Assembly (NCBI GenBank): GCA_043797265.1
Contig: JAZDPV010000018.1
Coordinates: 1 to 64,000 of the forward strand
DNA from: an archaeon
GTDB lineage: Archaea > Nanobdellota > Nanobdellia > Pacearchaeales > GW2011-AR1
Direction: 5' to 3'
Length of the DNA: 64,000 nt
Shown piece after piece: positions 56,494-64,000 of this stretch (positions are counted from its first letter, which is position 1; each line of letters starts with the position of its first letter). The translations under genes and the position numbers were made by a program. The notes beneath the pieces are model-generated. The model saw only the letters and a program-made list of their open reading frames with translations. It was not told the DNA's origin and did not search any database.

Positions 56494-57906
56494 TTATTGT
56501 TCGAATTCTTGTCTTAGCTCTATTAATCTTTCTCTTGATGGGTGAGGCGGGGATGGAAGGTCTAGAACTGGAGCTCTGAAAAAATTGACTCCTTGGTCTT
56601 TGAATTCGTGGTCTTTGTCTATATAGCCTTTTTTGATACAAAGTTCTCTAATTTCAGTTCCGGGAAATGGGTGTAAAAATCTGACGGAGAATCTATCTGG
56701 CTGAACTCTTTTGTGTAAGGCGATTGTTTCTTTTATCATTTCTTCTGTTTCGCTAGGGAAACCAATCATATAATAGGCTGCGACTTTCATGCCCTCTCTC
56801 CTTATTGCTTCTACGGCTTCTTCGATAACTCCGTCTCTCATTGGTCGATTTAATACGTTTTTTCTTAAATCTGCATTCCCTGATTCCATGCCCATAGCTA
56901 CCATTTTGCATCCCATCTCGGCTAAAATTTTTGCTTTTCCAGATTCCCCAATAAGGTTTTCGGGGCGGCTTTGAGTAAAAAAGCCGACGCCTATATTCCC
57001 TTTATATAATTCTGCAAATTTTTCAAAATCTTTTCGAGGCATTGCTGTTACATTTTCGTCAATGAGTTGAATGTGGGTAAATCCGGGTTCTTGTTTTTTC
57101 CCCATCATTCTTCTGATGTTTTCTTCTGGACTAAAAAATCTATAATTTCCTGGTTGAATGTCCCCTGGGGCTTTCATTTTGTGTAGTGCAGAATTTATGC
57201 AATAGCTGCATTTGTGGGGACACCCTCTACTCCATTCAAAAAATCCGTAGTTTTCTATTTTGCCTTCGAATGGGCGAATCCTATGTTTTTCGCTTAATAA
57301 GCTCCAGTCTGGGTCGGGGGTTTCGTCCATATGGAGAATGGGATAGCGAGAGTTGGTAATGATTTTGCCATTGTTTGTCTTCGTAACAAGATTTGGAATA
57401 TTTGAAGTGTCTTGGTTTGTTTCTAATCTTTTTACTAATTCTAAAAGTGGTCTTTCTCCCTCTCCTACGCAAACATAATCGATTGCGGGATTTTGGATTG
57501 CTTCATATGGGACGACGGTTGCGTGTGAGCCTCCAATGATTACTGGAATTCCAAGTTTTCTTTTTGTTGGTAGAATGAAATCGGTTAATGAATGAAATTC
57601 GAAAGAAGTTGAAGTAGCGGCAATTAAATCTGGTTTGTATTTTTCTACTTCTTCGTGAAATTTTTCTGTTAAGTCGACTGTTTCTCTTGTGTGGTCATAT
57701 CCTGCAACTTTTTTGTATCCCCCTTTTTTACCTTGTCTTATGTCTATATCGTCCTCTAAAAAAGGAGAATTTTTATCTCGATAAAATGTTGTATCGAATA
57801 CCTTGGCTTCTATGCCGTTTCTTTTCAAAGCTCCTCCGAGGGTAGCTATTGATATAGGCATGAATCCGCCCTCTACCCGGTTGTGATAGACAAATATTAC
57901 TTTCAT
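56494..57906 (-). CDS. B12-binding radical SAM protein
   Basis: GGSHAT, GEGE, SRGCPHKCSYC, GMESG, GFPSET. Confidence 0.92.
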   Translation of the reverse strand: MKVIFVYHNRVEGGFMPISIATLGGALKRNGIEAKVFDTTFYRDKNSPFLEDDIDIRQGKKGGYKKVAGYDHTRETVDLTEKFHEEVEKYKPDLIAATSTSFEFHSLTDFILPTKRKLGIPVIIGGSHATVVPYEAIQNPAIDYVCVGEGERPLLELVKRLETNQDTSNIPNLVTKTNNGKIITNSRYPILHMDETPDPDWSLLSEKHRIRPFEGKIENYGFFEWSRGCPHKCSYCINSALHKMKAPGDIQPGNYRFFSPEENIRRMMGKKQEPGFTHIQLIDENVTAMPRKDFEKFAELYKGNIGVGFFTQSRPENLIGESGKAKILAEMGCKMVAMGMESGNADLRKNVLNRPMRDGVIEEAVEAIRREGMKVAAYYMIGFPSETEEMIKETIALHKRVQPDRFSVRFLHPFPGTEIRELCIKKGYIDKDHEFKDQGVNFFRAPVLDLPSPPHPSRERLIELRQEFEQ

Positions 57907-57991
57907 TTTGTTATTGTTTTTTTTTATGCTTTATATATGTGTGTATGGTTCAGAATAATTATTTTTATAAACTAAATAGGGGTGGATTATT

Positions 57992-58810
57992 ATGGTTGGT
58001 TCAACATATGGTTTGTTTATTGGAGAACTTGTTTCTGTAAGTTTGAATTATTCTATTCCTTCTCATCTTGAAAATTTAAGTGGTGATGAAAATTTAAGAA
58101 GGGTTGATTTGGAAAAATTGTCTGGGGAGTTGGTTTTGGCGGGTTCGTCCCTGGAGAAAAAGAAATCTGAGGGAACTATTTGGAGGATGGGATTCCCTGG
58201 AATGATTTTGGATGTTAATCATATTGGTCAAGCGAGATATGGAGAATTGACTGTTGATGTTTCGCCGATACATCCGCATAGAGCTGATTTGGCCTATAAG
58301 GGGGATAAATCTCTTTCGAGGACACCTGTTCCTTTGACTGTTGGTGCGATGCTTTTGGACGATGAGGGGAATGAGGTTTTGGCTGTTCGGGGTGGGAAGG
58401 TTGAGAGTGGGAAGGTTGTTTCTTTTCCTGGAGGACATGTGGATTTTGAAAATCCAAGAGTTGAGAGTCCGGTCGCAGGTTTGTATCGAGAATTTTATGA
58501 AGAAGTTGGGATGAAGTTTGATTCTTCAAACCATAAGGCTTCTTTGATTGGGGTTATGAACAATAGTGATACTAAAGGGATAAATGTACTTTATGCTCTT
58601 AAAACACCGTCCTCATTTAAAGAAATAGAGGACTCTTGGAGGAATGCGGGGGATAGATTTGAGCATGATTTGCTTTTCCCTGCTACTGGGTCGGATTTGA
58701 AAAATCTTGCGAAAGATGGGAAGATGACTCGTGGAGGTAGGGAGCTTGAGACAACTCCTTTTTTTAAGGATGTCTTTTCTCGTTATTTAGATTTTAAGAG
58801 TTTGGTTTAA
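57992..58810 (+). CDS. Nudix hydrolase family protein
   Basis: FPGGHVD...LYREFYEEVG Nudix box. Confidence 0.8.
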   Translation: MVGSTYGLFIGELVSVSLNYSIPSHLENLSGDENLRRVDLEKLSGELVLAGSSLEKKKSEGTIWRMGFPGMILDVNHIGQARYGELTVDVSPIHPHRADLAYKGDKSLSRTPVPLTVGAMLLDDEGNEVLAVRGGKVESGKVVSFPGGHVDFENPRVESPVAGLYREFYEEVGMKFDSSNHKASLIGVMNNSDTKGINVLYALKTPSSFKEIEDSWRNAGDRFEHDLLFPATGSDLKNLAKDGKMTRGGRELETTPFFKDVFSRYLDFKSLV

Positions 58811-59514
58811 TCTCCGGTATATCCATCACCGAAGGGATAATTTTTTATTGAATATTCGTAGGCTTTTGGTGTGCCTGTGTCAAACCATGTAAAATTTTTT
58901 ACTTTTAATCCTTTTTCGAGAAGTGGTTGCATACCATTTGAAATTTGAATTTCTCCGTCGATTATGCGATTATTTTTTTCTAAGGCGTCCCAAAATGGTT
59001 CATAGTCTTTGACGCCCAGTACTCCGATGTAAGCATATTTGTTGTCGGTTTTTATTTTATCGTCTATTCTGATAACGGTATCTTCGTTTAGTTTGACGGA
59101 ACAAAATCTTTCTGAGTCTTTTATTTGAGCTTTGGAAATGCCTAGCCAATTTGAATCTGGGCAAGTGATGGTTTCTTTTACCAGGGTATCTCCTGCGATG
59201 TGTACAAATGGGCACATTAGATGATTTTTGCATGAGAGTAATGAGTATCCCGCCCCTGAGCCCTCTCCGACGTATGGGCTCACTTCAACGAATGTTAGTT
59301 TTCTGTTTGGATATGCGGTTTTTAGAAATGTGATTAGGGATTCTTTTTTGTGGCCCACTGCTATTACAATTTCTATATTTTCGGGGAATTTTTCTATTAT
59401 ATGGCAGATGGTTGGCTTTCCTCTTACTGGGAGTAAAACTTTGTTGAGATGCTGGCTAAAATGTTGCATTCGACTACCGACGCCTGCTGCCAAAATGCAT
59501 ACTTTGTAATCCAT
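58807..59514 (-). CDS. sugar-phosphate nucleotidyltransferase
   Basis: Likely start MDYKVCILAAGVGSRM at 59514; K.LLPV; WFDTGT. Confidence 0.88.
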   Translation of the reverse strand: MDYKVCILAAGVGSRMQHFSQHLNKVLLPVRGKPTICHIIEKFPENIEIVIAVGHKKESLITFLKTAYPNRKLTFVEVSPYVGEGSGAGYSLLSCKNHLMCPFVHIAGDTLVKETITCPDSNWLGISKAQIKDSERFCSVKLNEDTVIRIDDKIKTDNKYAYIGVLGVKDYEPFWDALEKNNRIIDGEIQISNGMQPLLEKGLKVKNFTWFDTGTPKAYEYSIKNYPFGDGYTGD

Positions 59515-59607
59515 TTTTATATTTGATTTATTTGATTTATAAATTTTTGTGGTAAACCAAATGATATAAATGATTTTAAAGGGTAGATATTTGGTGGATA
59601 ATATAAA

Positions 59608-60345
59608 ATGGGAAAAAATAAATATTTGTCCTTGGGGGGTAAAGCTATTTTGATAACTGGTTCTTCTCGTGGGATTGGGGCAGCGACAGCAAGATTGGCG
59701 AAAGAGTATGGGGCCAATGTGATTTTGCATGGGAGGACTGATTCTGAATATTTAAGGGAATTATCAAATGAGCTTGATTCTAACTATATTTTTTGTGATG
59801 TTGGCGATGAAGATGAGGTGAGAAAAAAAGCTAGGGGTTTGGAGGTAGATGTTTTGGTAAATAATGCGGGGATTAATCCGTCGAAGACCTTTATGGAATT
59901 AACAAATAGCAACTGGAGAGATATTTTTGAAACAAATGTTTTTGGAACTGTTAATTTTTCAAAAGCGGTTATCCCTGGGATGATGGATAGGGGGCATGGA
60001 AAAATAATTAATATAGCTTCTGCTAAGGGTTATTTACATGTTCGTGGAAAACCAGCTTATGCTGCTTCAAAGGCGGCGATTATGAGATTGACTTCTAGTA
60101 TGGCTGAAGAATTTGCACCCTATATTTTAGTTAATGCTGTTGCACCAGGTTTTACTGAAACGAAAATGACTAAGAATACTATGTCCTCTAAAATTCAGGA
60201 ACAGATAAATAAAATACCTCTTAGGAGAATAGCCAATCCAAAAGAAATAGCGGAAGTCATTTTGTTTTTAGCAAGTGATAAATCGAGTTATATTACGGGG
60301 CAAACTATCGTTGTTGATGGGGGGTTTAGTATTGCAAGTGGCTAA
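59608..60345 (+). CDS. SDR family oxidoreductase
   Basis: TGSSRGIG, NNAG, YAASK, VAPG. Confidence 0.93.
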   Translation: MGKNKYLSLGGKAILITGSSRGIGAATARLAKEYGANVILHGRTDSEYLRELSNELDSNYIFCDVGDEDEVRKKARGLEVDVLVNNAGINPSKTFMELTNSNWRDIFETNVFGTVNFSKAVIPGMMDRGHGKIINIASAKGYLHVRGKPAYAASKAAIMRLTSSMAEEFAPYILVNAVAPGFTETKMTKNTMSSKIQEQINKIPLRRIANPKEIAEVILFLASDKSSYITGQTIVVDGGFSIASG

Positions 60346-60359
60346 AACGGAAAAAATTT

Positions 60360-60641
60360 TTATTTTCCGCAATAGCTTTCTCCATAAGGATAGTTTTTCT
60401 TTGCGTGTTCATATGAATTTGGAGTTCCATTGTTGTACCATGTAAAGATTTTTGCCTTGAGCTCGATTTCTTTTAATTTTTGAAGTCCATTTGAAACTTG
60501 AATTTCTCCGGTAATAATTTCTTTATTTTCTTTAAAGGCATCCCAAAAACTTTTATAATCATAAATTCCTAAAGGACCAATATGTGCGTGTTTATTGTTT
60601 GTTTGAATTTTTTGTGATTTATTTCCATAATTAATTAGCAT
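60360..60641 (-). pseudogene. C-terminal fragment paralogous to the 58807-59514 nucleotidyltransferase
   Basis: DY..FWDA...GEIQ.SNG...FTW...GTP..YE...NYP.G shared; N-terminal domain absent. Confidence 0.7.
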
Positions 60642-60685
60642 GAAGGGGATTTTTAAACACTTGTATGTTTGGTTGTTTGGTTATT

Positions 60686-60991
60686 TTAAATGAATTTTCT
60701 TTTCCAATCAAGTATGGTTTTTCGTGTAATTCTTACTCTAAAAGTTTTGTTTAGATAATAAACTGTTTGTCCTAAGCTTGAACCTTCTTCTAATATTTTT
60801 ATAGCACTTTTTATAATAATAGGGGAATATCTGAATTTTTTAAAACTATTGTCTATTGTAAAACGTTTCCGACAATTTTTACATCGATAAATTTTTTTTT
60901 CTATAGAAATATTTTTTCTTATTTGAGCAAAGCGTATATTCTTAGAATTGCAATGAGGGCATTTTTTTAGATTTTTATTCAAATCAAACAT
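60686..60991 (-). mobile_element. IS1/IS6-like transposase N-terminal remnant (Zn ribbon + HTH)
   Basis: CPHC...YRCKNCRKRF...HTH ending TILDW; no DDE domain seen. Confidence 0.6.
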
Positions 60992-61074
60992 TTTTTATTA
61001 AATTTTATTCGAATATATAAATTTATCGATAACTAAACAAATATTTATATATTAAAACATTTTGTTGTGTAGAG

Positions 61075-62703
61075 ATGAAATATAAGGTTTGTATTCTTGC
61101 TGCTGGAGAAAACAAACATGTTAGTTATGCTGAAAATTTTCATGTTGCGCTTCTTCCTATTGGGACAAAGGCGGCCATTAGCAAGATAATTGATAAATTT
61201 CCGGAAGATATTGAGATTATTATTGCTGTGGGGTATAATAGTGATTTGATTAAAAATTTTATAAATATGGTTTACCCGAGAAAAAATATAACTTTTGTTG
61301 ATATTGCGAATTATTCTGAGCCGGGTTCTGGGCCGGGACGGTCTTTGTTGATGTGTAAGAATCATTTAATGTGTCCATTTATTTTTACTTCTGCAGATAC
61401 TATAGTTTCTGAAGAAATCCCGGAGCCGACCAAAAATTGGATTGGGGTTTCTCGGATTTCTGATTCCGCAGAGTATTGTATGGCTGAAGTTGAAAATAAT
61501 GTTGTGACAAAATTTTATGTTAAGATTCCTACCCCGATGCTTTTGAAGATATCTAAAAATTATAAAACAATTTTGAATAATGCATTTATTGGCATGGCGG
61601 GGGTACATGATTATGATGTTTTTTGGGATGGGCTTGAGAGAAATCAAGAATTGGTTGCGAAAAAATTGCAGGTTTCAAATGGTCTTTCTGAATTAATTTC
61701 TCATTGTATAGAAGCCATTCCTTTTTTTAACTGGTTTTATGTTGGAAATGAAGCGGGATATAATTTTGCTAATAGATTTTTTGAGAAGAATCCCGTTATT
61801 ATTAAGCCGGATGAGTTTATTTATTTTGAAAACGGGAAGGTAATAAAATATTTTAAAGATAAAGAAATTGTTAAGCAAAGAATTGAAAGGGCATTTAGGC
61901 TTCGTGGAATTGTTCCTGAGATAGTTGATAAATCAGATAATTTTTATTCCTATGATTTTATTGAAGGACAAACCCTCTCAAAAATTAATGATGTCAAGGT
62001 GTTTCGAGAATTATTGGGATTTTGTGAAGATACTATTTGGCAAAAGAAAGAACTGAATGATGCTGATATGAGGAAGTTTTTTCAAGGTTGTAAAAAATTT
62101 TACTATGATAAAACGATGGATCGGATTGATAAGTTTTATCGGGAAAATAAAATCGAAGATAGGGAAGAAATAATTAATGGCGAAAGAGTTCCTCGCCTAA
62201 GAGAATTACTTAAGCAACTTGATTGGGAGAAAATTTCCCAGGGGGTTCCAACGATTTTTCATGGAGATATTCAGCCAGAAAATATTTTAATTTGTAAGAA
62301 GGGATTTCGGTTAATTGATTGGAGACATAATTTTGCTGGTAACATAGAATATGGAGATATTTATTATGATTTTGCCAAGTTGCATCATGCGCTTGTTGTA
62401 ACTCATGATGTAATAAGGAAAAATCAGTTTGATATTCAGAGTAATAAAGATATTATTGGTTATGATTTTTTTATGAAAAGTAATTTAATGGAATATAAGG
62501 ATATTTTCGAAAAGTTTGTTGCTGATAAAGGTTATGATTTGGATAAATTGAAGATACTCAGCGCTTTGACTTTTTTAAATATTGCACCATTACATCATTT
62601 GCCTTATAATAAGTTTCTTTATTATCTTGGGAAATATAGTTTATTTAAGGAAATCGGTCACAATAATTCTTATAAACTAAAAAATATGGCGGGTAGTGTT
62701 TAA
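61075..62703 (+). CDS. nucleotidyltransferase-like domain fused to an APH/choline-kinase-like phosphotransferase
   Basis: CILAAG N-terminal domain; HGDIQPENI, LIDW and D.YYDFAK kinase motifs. Confidence 0.85.
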   Translation: MKYKVCILAAGENKHVSYAENFHVALLPIGTKAAISKIIDKFPEDIEIIIAVGYNSDLIKNFINMVYPRKNITFVDIANYSEPGSGPGRSLLMCKNHLMCPFIFTSADTIVSEEIPEPTKNWIGVSRISDSAEYCMAEVENNVVTKFYVKIPTPMLLKISKNYKTILNNAFIGMAGVHDYDVFWDGLERNQELVAKKLQVSNGLSELISHCIEAIPFFNWFYVGNEAGYNFANRFFEKNPVIIKPDEFIYFENGKVIKYFKDKEIVKQRIERAFRLRGIVPEIVDKSDNFYSYDFIEGQTLSKINDVKVFRELLGFCEDTIWQKKELNDADMRKFFQGCKKFYYDKTMDRIDKFYRENKIEDREEIINGERVPRLRELLKQLDWEKISQGVPTIFHGDIQPENILICKKGFRLIDWRHNFAGNIEYGDIYYDFAKLHHALVVTHDVIRKNQFDIQSNKDIIGYDFFMKSNLMEYKDIFEKFVADKGYDLDKLKILSALTFLNIAPLHHLPYNKFLYYLGKYSLFKEIGHNNSYKLKNMAGSV

Positions 62704-62704
62704 A

Positions 62705-63526
62705 ATGGTAAAAAAATTAATTGATGAAACTTCGCGTTATCGTTTTGAAAGGATTTACGAAGGAGGGAGTAATATGTGTGAGTTAGGATCTACTGATAAA
62801 TTATCAACTACATTTATTCATCATGGGAGCGTTGCGTTGCGTTTCCCATCGCAAAAGAATCGCGGAGAAGTATTTAAACTTTCTCAAGGGCAGGGATTTA
62901 TTCTTGCGCCAGGAATTTCATGCAGCCTCTATAATTCTGGAAGACTTGTTGCATATACTGTTTCTTCAAAAATTGATCGAGAAAGTCCAATAGTTGAAAT
63001 TATAGAATTTGAAAGCGATAGGAAAGAGGTTGTTTTGGGGGATTTTAGGATTATTAGAGATCCGAAGAGGGTAGAAAAACCGTGGGGACATGAGTTGTGG
63101 GTAAGTTGGTTTATGAATCATCATGTATTGAAACAAATTGGGATGAGTAAAGGTATGCAATCAAGTTTGCAATTCCATCGAGAAAAACTTGAGACAAATT
63201 ACCTCGAAAGTGGACGCGCTGACGTGATCGAAGGATATAAATTAAATCCCTTAACTCCCGAGGAAGAGGTGCTAAAATCTTTAGATGGGATTAATTTTGA
63301 TGAATATAAAAAAAGAATGTCTCCTGGGGATCATTGGACCTCCCAGGCAGGAACGGCGCATCGAGTAATGGCGGTTACGGATTATTTGGCGTATGAAGTT
63401 TCAACGCCAGAGTTGGATGATGTTATTAGATTACAGGATGATTCGTGTAGAAATTCTGGGAGGATTGATTCTGAACATATGGTAGCTGGAGGTAAAAAAT
63501 GGGAAAAGACAGAAGGGGGAAGCTGA
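62705..63526 (+). CDS. cupin-domain sugar isomerase-like protein
   Basis: VEKPWG.E, SLQFH..K.ET, HRV, EVSTPE.DDV.RL.D. Confidence 0.85.
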   Translation: MVKKLIDETSRYRFERIYEGGSNMCELGSTDKLSTTFIHHGSVALRFPSQKNRGEVFKLSQGQGFILAPGISCSLYNSGRLVAYTVSSKIDRESPIVEIIEFESDRKEVVLGDFRIIRDPKRVEKPWGHELWVSWFMNHHVLKQIGMSKGMQSSLQFHREKLETNYLESGRADVIEGYKLNPLTPEEEVLKSLDGINFDEYKKRMSPGDHWTSQAGTAHRVMAVTDYLAYEVSTPELDDVIRLQDDSCRNSGRIDSEHMVAGGKKWEKTEGGS

Positions 63527-64000
63527 TTCAACTTTATATTAATGAAAAGAGAAAAATTTTAGATACTTTTCCGGTGAAAAATGTGGTTGATGCTGCTAAT
63601 TTAGTAGTGAGTACTTATCTTAATGATGGCACTGTTTTTTCTTGTGGGAATGGAGGAAGTGTCTCTTATGCTGAATGTTTGGATCTTTATTTATCGAATC
63701 ATCCGTTCGTAAGAAATGATAAGGGCCGCCCTCTTTCAGAGGATGTTAAAAGATTAAGAACTTATAATTTAACTTCTTCAAGTGGGGATTTAACGGGAAT
63801 AGCTAATGATTTTGGGTTTGGGTTTGTGTTTGGGAACCAATTAGAGGCTCAAAGAATAAAGGAAGGTGATTTAGTAGTGGGTTTTACTAGTAGTGGAAAT
63901 ACGAAGAATGTTTTATATGCTTTTGAGATAGCGAAGAAACATAATGCAAAGACTTTCGTTATAACAAAAGGCAGTGGGGGAAGCGCAAAAGATTTGGCTG
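63499..64000 (+). CDS. SIS-domain phosphosugar isomerase (GmhA-like), runs off the window
   Basis: Translated by hand: CGNGGS, IANDFG, GD..VGFTSSGNT.NV; SD GGAGGT at 63488. Confidence 0.85.
   Translation, partial: MGKDRRGKLIQLYINEKRKILDTFPVKNVVDAANLVVSTYLNDGTVFSCGNGGSVSYAECLDLYLSNHPFVRNDKGRPLSEDVKRLRTYNLTSSSGDLTGIANDFGFGFVFGNQLEAQRIKEGDLVVGFTSSGNTKNVLYAFEIAKKHNAKTFVITKGSGGSAKDLA

Noticed and set aside
59515-59730. N-terminal 72 aa of ORF 58807..59730
   Set aside because: Overlaps the divergent SDR gene; the NTase motif starts at Met 59514.

Overview
Archaeal chromosome segment, most likely a DPANN archaeon of the Pacearchaeota/Woesearchaeota type. This call rests on archaeal ribosomal proteins, Spt5, aIF5A, AglB, AMP phosphorylase plus R15P isomerase, and an archaeosortase beside an S-layer-like gene. 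Layout: 0.1-3.7 kb membrane/S-layer genes; 3.8-6.5 kb a compositionally foreign island of two secreted orphans in structured non-coding DNA; 6.5-24 kb housekeeping genes (dph2, sepF, pfdB, rpoP, tRNA-Pro, rpl11-spt5-secE-ftsZ, aIF5A, taw1, rpl1-P0-P1, tRNA-Ser, AMP phosphorylase); 24.3-39 kb the S10-spc ribosomal superoperon through secY; 39.9-64 kb an N-glycosylation/surface-glycan locus. The most unusual signal is a family of tiny DNA insertions at gene ends. Each typically has a fold-back hairpin at the gene end, then either an array of a 7-8 nt linker alternating with different hairpins that mostly have a C-TTC-G/C-TTT-G loop, or tandem 7-/10-mers. These fill many spacers of the ribosomal operon, have entered uL4, uL6, uL15 and uL24 in frame, interrupt a tRNA-Pro copy, and precede a four-helix-bundle gene sitting where adk usually lies. 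All calls come from motif recognition by eye; no database searches were run.
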